Origin: Acetobacteraceae bacterium
GTDB taxonomy: Bacteria; Pseudomonadota; Alphaproteobacteria; Acetobacterales; Acetobacteraceae
DNA length: 54,181 nucleotides
Direction: 5' to 3'
Assembly (NCBI GenBank): GCA_027483995.1
Contig: JAIXTK010000116.1
Coordinates: 1-54,181, forward strand
Positions 29,173 through 38,185 of the stretch are shown here, one piece after another. How positions within the stretch are numbered: the stretch's first letter is position 1; each line of letters opens with the position of its first letter. Under the pieces are notes generated by a model. It saw only the letters and a program-made list of their open reading frames with translations. It did not search any database and had not been told where the DNA came from. The translations under genes and the position numbers were made by a program.

Positions 29173-29702
29173 GCGCAGGTCCCCTCCTTCATCATCACCG
29201 CCGTCGCTGTCACCGTCTTGCCCAGCAGCACGCCCAGCCGGTCCCCGGTGGTGGTCTTGTTGAATCCGGTGGCCTGGATGCGCACCGTCACGCTCGGTAC
29301 CGCGCAGTTCTGCGATGCCGTCACGGTGAAGGTCGCCCAGGTCGGCAGGCCCTGGCAGGCGTAGTACTCCACCGTGGTGGTGGCCAGGCTGCCGCTGCAC
29401 ACCGTGGTCGCCGTGGCGGTGGCCCCGGCGATGGCCCCGGTGGCGAAGTTCTTCACCTGCCCGGTCGCCATCATGCGCGCCGCCAGCTGGGCCGTGTTCT
29501 GGGCGTTGGAGCGAGTCATCAGCGCCGCGTTCACGCCGATGAAGCCGAAGCACATCAGCAGGAAGGGCGGCATCACCAGCGCGAATTCCAGCGCCACCGT
29601 GCCGCGCCGATTGCGCCGTAGAAGCTGCAATCCAAGAGGCACCCGGCGCAATGCGGCCAGCAACCCTGAAACAAAACCAAGTCGCTTTACAATTCTTGAC
29701 AT
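29169..29702 (-). CDS. TadE-like (Flp pseudopilin-like) protein
   Basis: ORF 29169..29702. RRNRRGTVALEFALVMPPFLLM matches the TadE N-terminal G/xxxxEF processing-type motif. No SD before ATG 29702, so a downstream GTG/TTG start is possible. Confidence 0.7.
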   Translation of the reverse strand: MSRIVKRLGFVSGLLAALRRVPLGLQLLRRNRRGTVALEFALVMPPFLLMCFGFIGVNAALMTRSNAQNTAQLAARMMATGQVKNFATGAIAGATATATTVCSGSLATTTVEYYACQGLPTWATFTVTASQNCAVPSVTVRIQATGFNKTTTGDRLGVLLGKTVTATAVMMKEGTCA

Positions 29703-29866
29703 GATCTGTTAATTCTTCATCAATGACTTAATGTAACACCGTTCATACTCGGTAAACTCTTTCATAAAAGTTTCAGTCCTTACACTGATCCGACAATCAG
29801 GTTTCAAAACCTCGCCAGCCCGCCGAGCACCCCGGCCCGTCCGGCACCGTACGGAGTCGAAAGCTC

Positions 29867-29895
29867 TTGAACACCGGCGGTGAGTTATATATATT
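29867..29895 (+). promoter_or_regulatory. sigma70-like promoter candidate giving a leaderless transcript
   Basis: TTGAAC (29867-29872), 17-nt spacer, TATATT (29890-29895). The ATG of the downstream ORF is 7 nt after the -10, and there is no SD. Confidence 0.35.
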
Positions 29896-29901
29896 CACCG
29901 A

Positions 29902-30480
29902 ATGTCATCCGCAGCCCCGAAATCGGAGCAGGCGATCACGGCCGCGCCCCCCATGGCGCCGCCGGCCGCGCTGCCGCCCCCCTTCGCCACCCTGGCGGCG
30001 GAGCTGCGTCTGCATGCCAGCGATCGCGCGCAGGATTTCGGCCCCATCGCGGCCATCCAGGCCCTGATCCTGGCCCTCCTCGCCCGCCTCCTCGGCCGGC
30101 TCGACGGCATGTTCCAGCGCTGGCAGCAGGGCCAGCTCCCCCCGCCCGCGCCCTTGCGCACCCGCACACGCACCACCGCGGCACCGGCCCCGCGCCCGAA
30201 GGCTCCGTCAGAACCCGCCCGGAATCCGTTCACCTGGGCCGATCCGGGCCCCATCCGCCCCCCGTCCCGCCAGGCCGCGCCCGTACCCAGCGGGCCGCCC
30301 GGGATCCGCGCGCACCCGGCACGGCAAGGCATCATCCGGCGCCCGCACGCCCAGCCCACGGTCACGCCGCACGTCTGCGCGCCGGCCGCAACCCCGGCGC
30401 CGCCCATCCCGTACCGCGTCAGCTTTCAAAAACCGGTCCAGCGAGCCCGGCTCAGCTGCGCGCTATTTGTTGCGATATAG
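29902..30480 (+). CDS. hypothetical proline-rich protein (192 aa)
   Basis: ORF 29902..30480. This frame has near-uniform G/C third positions, unlike the overlapping 29880..30749 and minus-strand frames. One amphipathic helix (IAAIQALILALLARLLGRLDGMF) then a Pro-rich tail. No family recognised. Confidence 0.5.
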   Translation: MSSAAPKSEQAITAAPPMAPPAALPPPFATLAAELRLHASDRAQDFGPIAAIQALILALLARLLGRLDGMFQRWQQGQLPPPAPLRTRTRTTAAPAPRPKAPSEPARNPFTWADPGPIRPPSRQAAPVPSGPPGIRAHPARQGIIRRPHAQPTVTPHVCAPAATPAPPIPYRVSFQKPVQRARLSCALFVAI

Positions 30481-30492
30481 TATTATTACACG

Positions 30493-31314
30493 TTAGCGAT
30501 CCGCGCCCGCGTACAACACCTTGTCCAGCCGGTCCAACGCCTCGTCATATGCCGCCACCGCCTCCGGCGCGTAGTCCGCCGCCGGCACGGGTTCGTTATC
30601 AAAATGCCCATACCGGTCCACGCCGCGCACCAGGAACGCGCTCGTTCGCGGCCCGCTCACCTGCTTCACATAGGTCGGAATGTAACGGATTGCGTACCCG
30701 ATCCGCCGCTCCGCGCTCCGGTTCGCCTCCGACCCGTGAAAAATCCTGACATGATGCAGGCTCATCTCCCCGGGCCGCAGCACCACGTCCACCGCCTGCG
30801 AACGGTCCACCTCCACCGCGATCTCCTGCCCCCGGCTCAGCAGATTCCCCGGCGCGAAGGTGTCCTTGTGCGCCACCTGGTCCGCCGTCTGCGTGCCGGG
30901 GATCACCTGCATGCACCCGCTCTCCGGCGTGCTCGGCGTGAACGCGATCCACGCCGTCACCACATCCGGATGCGAAAGCCCCCAATAGGTCGAATCCTGG
31001 TGCCAGGAGATGAACGCCCCATCGCCCGCGTTCTTGGTGAAGAACCCGCCATTCCAGCAGATGATGTCCGGCCCGATCAGGCTTTCCACCGCATCCAGCA
31101 CCGCCGTGTTGCGCACGATGTCGTTCAGCCACGGCGTCAGCATGTGCAGCTTCTGGTTCCGCCGCTTCGGGATGCGCCCGTCCCAGCGCGCCTCCATCAC
31201 CTCCAGCTGCCGCACCGCCTCGGCCGCATCCGCCTCCGACATCACCCGGATCGGAAACAGGATCCCATCCCGCTCATACGCCGCCGCCTGCTCCGCCGAC
31301 AAAGACCCCGCCAT
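30493..31314 (-). CDS. PhyH-family Fe(II)/2-oxoglutarate dioxygenase
   Basis: ORF 30493..31362. ATG 31314 has GGGGAGGG 5 nt upstream. ISWHQDSTYW His-x-Asp and distal RIFHGSEAN. Confidence 0.8.
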   Translation of the reverse strand: MAGSLSAEQAAAYERDGILFPIRVMSEADAAEAVRQLEVMEARWDGRIPKRRNQKLHMLTPWLNDIVRNTAVLDAVESLIGPDIICWNGGFFTKNAGDGAFISWHQDSTYWGLSHPDVVTAWIAFTPSTPESGCMQVIPGTQTADQVAHKDTFAPGNLLSRGQEIAVEVDRSQAVDVVLRPGEMSLHHVRIFHGSEANRSAERRIGYAIRYIPTYVKQVSGPRTSAFLVRGVDRYGHFDNEPVPAADYAPEAVAAYDEALDRLDKVLYAGADR

Positions 31315-31431
31315 CGCACCCTCCCCAACCATTCCCCACAGCCTGACGACCGCGCCTCCCACCCGTCAAGCCAATGGACAACCCGCCCCCCATTGCCGAA
31401 ACTCCGCCCCAACAAACCGAGGAAACGACAA

Positions 31432-33015
31432 ATGACGGGCATCACCCGCCGCGGCCTCATGGCCACTGCCGCCACATCGCTGGCCGCCCCCGCCCTCGCC
31501 CAGTCGGAACGCACCCGCGTCCTGCGCTTCATCCCGCAGATCGACCTCGTCTTCCTCGACCCCGTCTTCTCCATGACCAACATCACCCGCAACCACGCGG
31601 GCCTGGTGTTCGACCGCCTCTACAGCGCCGACAACGCGCTGCGCGCCCACCCCCAGATGGCCGAAGGCCACACCATCGACAATGACGGCCTCCGCTGGAC
31701 CATCAAGCTGCGCGACGGCCTCCGATTCCACGATGGCGAACCCGTCCTCGCCCGCGATGCCGTCGCCTCCCTGCGCCGCTGGGGCAAGCGCGACGTGCTG
31801 GGCATCGAGCTGATGGCCGCCACCGACGAACTCTCGGCCCCGGACGACCGCACGATCGTCTTCCGCCTCAAGCGCCCCTTCCCCCTGCTGGCGGAGGCAC
31901 TGGCCAAGCCCGGCGCGAACATGAGCGCGATCATGCCCGCCCGCCTCGCCGAAACCGACCCGTTCAAGCAGATCACCGAGATGGTCGGCAGCGGCCCGTT
32001 CAAATACGTCGCCAACGAACGCCTCCAGGGCGTGCGCAACGTCTACGAAAAATTCCACGGCTACGTCCCCCGCCAGGGTGGCACCCCCAACGGCGATAGC
32101 GGCCCCAAGATCGTCCACTTCGAGCGCATCGTCTGGACCACCATGCCCGACCAGGGCACCGCCCTGGTCGCCATGCAGAAGGGCGAGCAGGATTGGTGGG
32201 AATACGCCGCCCAGGACCTGCTGCCGATCGTCAGGCGCGACCGCAACCTGCGCTCCGGCGTGCTGGAGAAGCTCGGCAACTTCGCCTTCGTCCGCTTCAA
32301 CCACACCCAGCCGCCGTTCAACAATCCGGAGATACGCCGCGTCATCCTGCGCGCGGTGAACCAGGAGGATTTCACCGCCGCCATCGCCGGCGGCGAGCCC
32401 GACCTGCAGAACGCCTCCGCTGCCTTCTTCCCGCCCGGCACGCCCGACCATTCCGATGCGGGCCTGGAAACCCTGCGCCCCCGCTACACCAACGCCCAGG
32501 CCAAGGCCGCCCTGGAGGCCGCCGGCTACAAGGGCGAGAAGATCGTCTGCATCGTTCCCGGCGACTACCCCAACCTCAAGGCCGCCAGCGAGGTGCTGGC
32601 CGACATGCTGAAGCGCATCGGCATCAACCTCGACGTCGTCACCACCGATTGGGCAACCATGACCACCCGCGTCATCAAGCGCGACCTGCCGAACGAGGGC
32701 GGCTTCCACCTGCACATGCTGAACGTGCCCGGCCTCTCGGTCGCCTCGCCGCTGGTCAACTCCCGCGTCCGCGGCGTCGCCGCCAACGAATCCGGCTGGT
32801 ACAACAGCCCGCGCTACGAAGCCCTGCGCGCGGAATGGATGCTCAGCCCAGACCTCGCCACCCGCCAGCGCCTGGCCGGCGAGATCCAGCGCGAGTTCGT
32901 GCAGAGCGTGCCCATGGCCCCCTGCGGCGTCACCTACCAGCCCGCCGCCTGGCGCGCCGACCTCGATGGCGTGCTGGAAGGCGTGCCGAAGTTCTGGAAC
33001 GTCAAGCGCGTCTAG
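31432..33015 (+). CDS. ABC transporter substrate-binding protein, family 5 (peptide/opine type)
   Basis: Inside ORF 30604..33015, starting at ATG 31432 after GAGGAA. Tat-type signal MTGITRRGLMATAATSLAAPALAQ. Confidence 0.85.
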   Translation: MTGITRRGLMATAATSLAAPALAQSERTRVLRFIPQIDLVFLDPVFSMTNITRNHAGLVFDRLYSADNALRAHPQMAEGHTIDNDGLRWTIKLRDGLRFHDGEPVLARDAVASLRRWGKRDVLGIELMAATDELSAPDDRTIVFRLKRPFPLLAEALAKPGANMSAIMPARLAETDPFKQITEMVGSGPFKYVANERLQGVRNVYEKFHGYVPRQGGTPNGDSGPKIVHFERIVWTTMPDQGTALVAMQKGEQDWWEYAAQDLLPIVRRDRNLRSGVLEKLGNFAFVRFNHTQPPFNNPEIRRVILRAVNQEDFTAAIAGGEPDLQNASAAFFPPGTPDHSDAGLETLRPRYTNAQAKAALEAAGYKGEKIVCIVPGDYPNLKAASEVLADMLKRIGINLDVVTTDWATMTTRVIKRDLPNEGGFHLHMLNVPGLSVASPLVNSRVRGVAANESGWYNSPRYEALRAEWMLSPDLATRQRLAGEIQREFVQSVPMAPCGVTYQPAAWRADLDGVLEGVPKFWNVKRV

Positions 33016-33026
33016 TTGCGACAGAA

Positions 33027-33052
33027 GGGGTGCGGCGATACCGTCGCACCCC
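33027..33052 (+). terminator. hairpin between the SBP gene and the FecCD permease gene
   Basis: GGGGTGCG-10 nt-CGCACCCC. No U-tract. It ends 4 nt before ATG 33057. Confidence 0.35.
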
Positions 33053-33056
33053 TGCG

Positions 33057-34076
33057 ATGAACAACATCCTCTCCTCCCCGCGCCTGCTGCTTGGCGCCTC
33101 GGCGCTTGGCGTGCTGGGGCTGTTCCTGCTGTCCTTCCTCGTTGGCCCCTACCCGATCCCGCCCGGCACCGTGCTGCGCATCTTCCTCGCCCAGTTCTCC
33201 CTGGCGGAACGGCACTGGTCGGACGCGATGGAGATGGTGGTGCTGGACGTGCGCTTCCCCCGCATCGCCGGCGCCCTGCTGGTCGGCGCGGCACTGGCCT
33301 GCGCCGGTGCCGCCTACCAGAACCTGTTCCGCAACCCGCTGGTCTCCCCCGGCGTGCTCGGCGTCTCCTCCGGCGCCGGCTTCGGCGCGGCACTCGGCAT
33401 CCTGCTCGGCCTGCCCGGGGCCGCCATCCAGGGTATGGCCTTCGCCCTCGGCCTTGTCGCCGTCGCCCTCACCGTCTGGCTCGGCCGCTCCTTTGACCGG
33501 CACGCCACGCTGGTGCTGGTGGTGGCCGGCCTCGTCGTCTCCGCCTTCTTCCAGGCGCTGGTCTCGCTCACCAAGATCGTGGCCGACCCGCTGAACCAGC
33601 TGCCCTCGATCACCTTCTGGCTCCTCGGCGGCCTGGCCCGCACCACGCCCGCCACCCTGCTCGGCGCCCTGGTGCCGATTGCGGCGGCCGGCATCGTGCT
33701 GCACGCCCTGCGCTGGCAGGTCCATGCGCTCGCCGCCGGGGAGGATGAGGCCCGCGCGCTGGGCGTCGATGTCCGCCGCGTTCGCATCATCCTGATCGTC
33801 GCCGCCACGCTGATGACGGCGGCGGCCACCAGCCTGTGCGGCATCGTCGGCTGGGTGGGCCTGCTGATCCCGCACATCGTGCGCATGCTGGTCGGCCCCG
33901 GCTTCGCCATCGTGCTGCCGATGTCCGCCCTCCTCGGCGGCGGGTTCCTTTTGGGCATGGACAACCTCGCCCGCATGGCCGGCACGGTGGAGGTGCCGCT
34001 GGGCATCCTCACCAGCCTGATCGGCGCCCCGTTCTTCGCCCTCGTGCTCGCACGCACCAGAAGGCAGTGGTTCTGA
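33057..34076 (+). CDS. iron-chelate/cobalamin-type ABC permease (FecCD family)
   Basis: Inside ORF 32193..34076, starting at ATG 33057 (MNNILSSPRLLLGASALGVLG...). About 9-10 TM segments; family-typical ...GWVGLLIPHIVR. Confidence 0.9.
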   Translation: MNNILSSPRLLLGASALGVLGLFLLSFLVGPYPIPPGTVLRIFLAQFSLAERHWSDAMEMVVLDVRFPRIAGALLVGAALACAGAAYQNLFRNPLVSPGVLGVSSGAGFGAALGILLGLPGAAIQGMAFALGLVAVALTVWLGRSFDRHATLVLVVAGLVVSAFFQALVSLTKIVADPLNQLPSITFWLLGGLARTTPATLLGALVPIAAAGIVLHALRWQVHALAAGEDEARALGVDVRRVRIILIVAATLMTAAATSLCGIVGWVGLLIPHIVRMLVGPGFAIVLPMSALLGGGFLLGMDNLARMAGTVEVPLGILTSLIGAPFFALVLARTRRQWF

Positions 34077-34861
34077 TGCTGGAGGTCACCAACCTCCGCT
34101 TCGCCTGGCCCAACGGGCAGACGGTGCTGGAGGATGTCTCCTTCACCGCCAACGCCGGCGTACCGCTCGCCCTGCTTGGCCCCAACGGCACCGGCAAGAC
34201 CACGCTGCTGCGCTGCCTGCTCGGCCTGGAACGCCCGCAATCCGGGCGGGTGATCGTGGCCGGCCAGGACCTCGCCGCCCTGTCGCGCACCGAAGCCGCC
34301 CGCCTGGTTGCCTATGTGCCGCAGGCCAGCGCCACCGCCTTCGCCTTCCGCGTCGCCGATATCGTGCTGATGGGCCGCACCCCGCATCTCGGCTTCATGG
34401 CCGCCCCCACCCCGGCCGACCGCCGCGCCGCGGACGATGCCATGATCCGCCTCGGCATCGCCGACCTCGCCCAACGCGCCTTCGACGAACTCTCGGGCGG
34501 CGAGCGCCAACTCGTGCTGGTGGCGAGGGCACTCGCCCAGGGCGCGAAGCTGCTGGTGCTGGACGAGCCCTGCGCCAGCCTCGACCTCGCCCGCCAGATG
34601 CGCATCCTCGCCGTGCTGCGCGACCTCGCCGCCGCCGGCTATGCCATCCTGCTCACCACCCATTTGCCCGACCACGCCTTCCTGCTCGGCGGCACAGCGG
34701 CGCTGCTGAAGGAGGGCCGCCTACTCGGCCCGGCCGCGCCCACCGAACTGCTCACCGCCCCCACGCTGGAGGCACTCTACGGCACGCCGATCGAGGTGGT
34801 CGCCCTGACCGAGGGCCGCGCCCGCGGGCAGGTGCTGTGCGTGCCCGTGATGCCATGCTGA
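34076..34861 (+). CDS. ABC transporter ATP-binding protein (FecE/FhuC/BtuD type)
   Basis: Inside ORF 33836..34861. ATG 34076 overlaps the permease stop (TGATG). GPNGTGKTT, LSGGERQ, LLVLDEP. Confidence 0.9.
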   Translation: MLEVTNLRFAWPNGQTVLEDVSFTANAGVPLALLGPNGTGKTTLLRCLLGLERPQSGRVIVAGQDLAALSRTEAARLVAYVPQASATAFAFRVADIVLMGRTPHLGFMAAPTPADRRAADDAMIRLGIADLAQRAFDELSGGERQLVLVARALAQGAKLLVLDEPCASLDLARQMRILAVLRDLAAAGYAILLTTHLPDHAFLLGGTAALLKEGRLLGPAAPTELLTAPTLEALYGTPIEVVALTEGRARGQVLCVPVMPC

Positions 34862-35844
34862 CCCGCCGCACGCTGATCGCCGCCACCCTGCCGCTGCCGG
34901 CCATGGCGCAGGGCCGCACCGTTACCGACATGGCCCGCCGCCGCGTTGCATTGCCCGCCAGCATCGCCCGCGTGGTCACCCTCGGCTCGCTGCCGGTGCT
35001 GAACAGCTTCGTCTATGCCATGGGCGAAGGGGCCACGATCGTGAACGGCCTGGCCGATTTCGCCCGCCCGCGCTGGAAGTTCCAGACCGAGTTCGCCCCG
35101 CAGGTCGCCCGCCAGCCCAACATGCAGCTGCCCACCCGCGAACCGAACGTGGAGGCGATCCTGCTCGCCCGGCCCGACGTGGTGCTGACCATGCACCGCG
35201 AGAGCATCGCCCTGCTGGAAGGCCGCGGCATCCCGGTGGTGTTCCTCGCCTGGCAGAAGCCGGAGGACGTGAAAGCCTGCATGGCAGTGTTGGGCGATGT
35301 GTTCGGCAAGCCGGAGCAAGCCCGGGCCTACACCGCCTATTTCGACCGCACCATCGCCCGCGTCGCCGCCGCCGTGCAGGGCGCCGCGAAACCCCGCGTG
35401 CTCTACCTGCAGCCCGATACCCTGACCCAGCCGCGCCTGATCGCGGAATGGTGGATCCCGGCCGCCGGCGGCACCAGCGTTTCCGACGACGGCCGCAGCA
35501 CCGAAAGCCGGACCTTCACGCTGGAGCAGGTGGTGCTGTGGAACCCCGACATCCTGATCGTGACCGACCCCAGGGATGTGGCCTACGTCCGCAACCACGC
35601 CGTGCTCGGCCGGCTGAAGGCAGCCCGGGCTGGGAAGGTGTTCGTGGTGCCCGTCGGCGCGCACACCTGGTCCAACCGCACCTCGGAACAGCCGCTGACG
35701 GTGCTGTGGGCCGCCAGCGTGTTCCATCCCGGCCGGATGACATCGATCGACCTCGTGGCGGAAACCCGCGGTTTCTACCGCGACGTCTTCGGCCACGCGC
35801 TGAGCGACGCGCAGGTGGGCGAGATCCTCAGCGGGACGATGTAG
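34855..35844 (+). CDS. periplasmic binding protein (iron-siderophore/cobalamin class)
   Basis: ORF 34837..35844. ATG 34855 (MLTRRTLIAATLPLPAMAQG) overlaps the ATPase stop by 7 nt. Confidence 0.8.
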   Translation: MLTRRTLIAATLPLPAMAQGRTVTDMARRRVALPASIARVVTLGSLPVLNSFVYAMGEGATIVNGLADFARPRWKFQTEFAPQVARQPNMQLPTREPNVEAILLARPDVVLTMHRESIALLEGRGIPVVFLAWQKPEDVKACMAVLGDVFGKPEQARAYTAYFDRTIARVAAAVQGAAKPRVLYLQPDTLTQPRLIAEWWIPAAGGTSVSDDGRSTESRTFTLEQVVLWNPDILIVTDPRDVAYVRNHAVLGRLKAARAGKVFVVPVGAHTWSNRTSEQPLTVLWAASVFHPGRMTSIDLVAETRGFYRDVFGHALSDAQVGEILSGTM

Positions 35845-37222
35845 CGCCGCTGACCGTCACGCCATCCTGCGGCCGCAGCGTGCGGATGCCGGGAATGGCC
35901 AGCAGCGGGATCACAGCCGCCAGCAGGAACACGGTGCGGAAATCCTCCGCCGGCAGCACCGTCTCCGAGCCCGCGACGATGGCGAGCAGGCTGGCGCCGG
36001 CGGAGATGCCGATGCCCATCGTCAGCTGCTGGATGCCACCGCCAAGACTTGTCGCCTTGGACAACCCCTCGGACGGCATGTCGGCGTAGGTCAGGGTCTG
36101 CAGCGTGTTGAACTGGATGTTGCGGATCATGCCGAACACCAGCACCCAGCCGGCGATGAGCCAATGCGACGTGCCCTGGTCCAGCAGCGCGAACCCCGCC
36201 ATGCCCGCCGCACTGGCCAGGGTGTTCCAGAACAACAACCGGTCGAACCCCAAAGCGCGCAGCAGCTTCAGCGCGATGGTGCGCGCGGCGATGGTGCCGA
36301 GCGACATGACGAAGGTGAGCGAGCCGGAGACCACCGGTGAGAGCCCGAAGCCCAGCTGCAGCATCAGCGGCAGCAGGAACGGCACCGCGTTCATGCCAAT
36401 GCGCGTCAGCCCGCCCCACAGCAGCGCCACGCGAAAGCTGCGCACCCGCATCTGGCGGAAATCCAGCGCCGCATTGGGCCGCACCAGGCTCCAGCGCACA
36501 TAGGCGACGATCAGCAGCGCTGCGATTGCCAGCAAGCCGAGATCGACCGCGATGGGCAGGAAGCCGCGCCCGAGGCCGAACAGCCCGGTTTGCAGACACA
36601 GCATGGCGATGCCCACCATGGCGAAGCCCGGCGCATCGAATTTGGTCGGCGGTGCGGCATCCACCTCCTTCACGTGGCGCCAGGCGAGCCACATGCCCAG
36701 CAGGCAGAACGGCACGTTCACCACGAAGATCCAGCGCCAGCTTGCGTGTTCCGCGATCAGCCCGCCGATCAGCGGGCCCATGGTGGGGCCGATCACGGAC
36801 GGGATGTTCATGTAGCTGATGGCGGTGGCGAACTCGCTGCGCGGGAAGCTGCGCAGCAGGATCAGCCGGCCCACCGGCGCCATCAGCGCGCCACCGAAGC
36901 CCTGCACCGCGCGGGCGGCCACCAGCATGGGGAAGTTCTGCGCCAACCCGCTGGCCAGCGAGCCCAGCGCGAAGATGCCCACCGCCGCGGTGAAGGTGGC
37001 GCGCATGCCGAACCGGTCCGCCACCCAGCCAGACACCGGGATGAACACGGCGGCCGAGAGCAGGTAGGCGGTCAGCGCCAGGTTGAGGCGCAGCGGGGTC
37101 TCGCCCAGCCCTTCGGCCATGGCGGGGATGGCGGTGGCGATGATGGTGCTGTCCAACCCCTCCAGAAAGAAGGCGAAGGCCACCACCAGCGGGACCATCA
37201 TGCGGGGGGGAATGAGCGGCAC
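35828..37222 (-). CDS. MFS transporter (DHA2/EmrB-like, 14-TM type)
   Basis: ORF 35828..37222. Many TM segments and the MFS motif [10 protein letters not shown]. Its 3' end overlaps the convergent binding-protein gene by 17 nt. Confidence 0.85.
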   Translation of the reverse strand: MPLIPPRMMVPLVVAFAFFLEGLDSTIIATAIPAMAEGLGETPLRLNLALTAYLLSAAVFIPVSGWVADRFGMRATFTAAVGIFALGSLASGLAQNFPMLVAARAVQGFGGALMAPVGRLILLRSFPRSEFATAISYMNIPSVIGPTMGPLIGGLIAEHASWRWIFVVNVPFCLLGMWLAWRHVKEVDAAPPTKFDAPGFAMVGIAMLCLQTGLFGLGRGFLPIAVDLGLLAIAALLIVAYVRWSLVRPNAALDFRQMRVRSFRVALLWGGLTRIGMNAVPFLLPLMLQLGFGLSPVVSGSLTFVMSLGTIAARTIALKLLRALGFDRLLFWNTLASAAGMAGFALLDQGTSHWLIAGWVLVFGMIRNIQFNTLQTLTYADMPSEGLSKATSLGGGIQQLTMGIGISAGASLLAIVAGSETVLPAEDFRTVFLLAAVIPLLAIPGIRTLRPQDGVTVSGATSSR

Positions 37223-37302
37223 CGGGCGAGGGCAGCGCGAAACGCGACAGGCGTCAACCTCCGTGGCAAAGTGTCATGACCGAGACGGAGGAGACGAACG
37301 CA

Positions 37303-38052
37303 ATGAGCAAGATCGCACTGGTAACGGGCGGCGGCAGCGGCGTGGGCCGCGCGGCGGCGCTGGCGCTGCTGGGCGCCGGCTGGACCGTGGTGCTGGCCGG
37401 GCGGCGCGCCGATGCGCTGCAGGAAACCGCGAGCCTGGCGGGCACCCAAGGGACCCGCACCCTGTGCGTGCCGACCGACGTGACCCAGCCGGAGGCGGTG
37501 GACGCGCTGTTCGCCGAGATCAAGGCCAAGTATGGCCGGCTGGACCTGGTGTTCAACAATGCCGGCGGCAACGTGCCGAGCACCAATTTCGGCGACTTCA
37601 CCTGGGAGCAATGGACCCAGGTGGTGGCGGTGAACCTCAACGGCTGTTTCCTGATCGCCAACCGCGCCTTCCAGATGATGCGCGACCAGACCCCCCAGGG
37701 CGGGCGGATCATCAACAACGGCTCGATCTCCGCGCACACGCCGCGGCCGGGCTCGGCGGCCTATACCTCCACCAAGCACGCGATCACCGGCCTCACGAAG
37801 GCGATCGCGCTCGATGGCCGCAACTACGACATCGCCTGCGGCCAGATCGACATCGGCAATGCCGCGACCCCGATGACGGCGCGAATGGCCAAGGGCGTGC
37901 CGCAGCCGGACGGGACCACCCGCGTGGAGCCGACCATGGATTCCGGCAATGTGGGCAAGACCATCCTCTACATGGCCGAGCTGGACGCCGACGCGAACGC
38001 GCTATTCGTGGTGGTGAAGGCAAGCAAGATGCCGTTCGAGGGGCGCGGCTAG
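37303..38052 (+). CDS. SDR-family oxidoreductase
   Basis: ORF 37276..38052. ATG 37303 has GGAGGAG 8 nt upstream. [19 protein letters not shown]. Confidence 0.85.
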   Translation: MSKIALVTGGGSGVGRAAALALLGAGWTVVLAGRRADALQETASLAGTQGTRTLCVPTDVTQPEAVDALFAEIKAKYGRLDLVFNNAGGNVPSTNFGDFTWEQWTQVVAVNLNGCFLIANRAFQMMRDQTPQGGRIINNGSISAHTPRPGSAAYTSTKHAITGLTKAIALDGRNYDIACGQIDIGNAATPMTARMAKGVPQPDGTTRVEPTMDSGNVGKTILYMAELDADANALFVVVKASKMPFEGRG

Positions 38053-38185
38053 GGAAGCAAGGAAGCAAAGGGGTCACAGAGAACACAGAGGTCCACAGAG
38101 GGGCATGGAGAAGAAAATCACGATCTGCTTCTCTGTGCCCCTCCGTGGCCCTCTGTGTTCTCTGTGACCACTTCGCTTTAGCCTA
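38050..38185. repeat. long imperfect palindromic element spanning stop-to-stop between convergent genes
   Basis: Arms 38063-38113 and 38128-38178 are complementary at 45 of 51 positions. The loop is AAAATCACGATCTG. The arms are built of tandem units ending in CACAGAG. Flanked by TAG (38050-38052) and CTA (38183-38185). Confidence 0.85.

Noticed and set aside
29709-29723. CtrA-box-like TTAA-N7-TCAA just upstream of the tadE-like ATG.
   Set aside because: It has one mismatch to TTAA-N7-TTAA(C), lies only 7-21 nt from the annotated start, and sits in a very AT-rich stretch where such matches arise by chance. This is not enough to call.
29880-30749. 289-aa ORF (and the minus-strand ORFs 29895..30407 and 29936..30184) overlapping the proline-rich ORF.
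   Set aside because: These translations are Arg/Pro/Gly/His shadow sequence. Only the 29902 frame shows consistent G/C third positions. The 29880 ORF would also run into the convergent PhyH gene.
33016-33056. Possible cobalamin riboswitch upstream of the FecCD/BtuC-type permease.
   Set aside because: The intergenic space is only 41 nt and holds a single 8-bp hairpin. That is far too short for a cobalamin riboswitch, and no B12-box-like sequence is seen.
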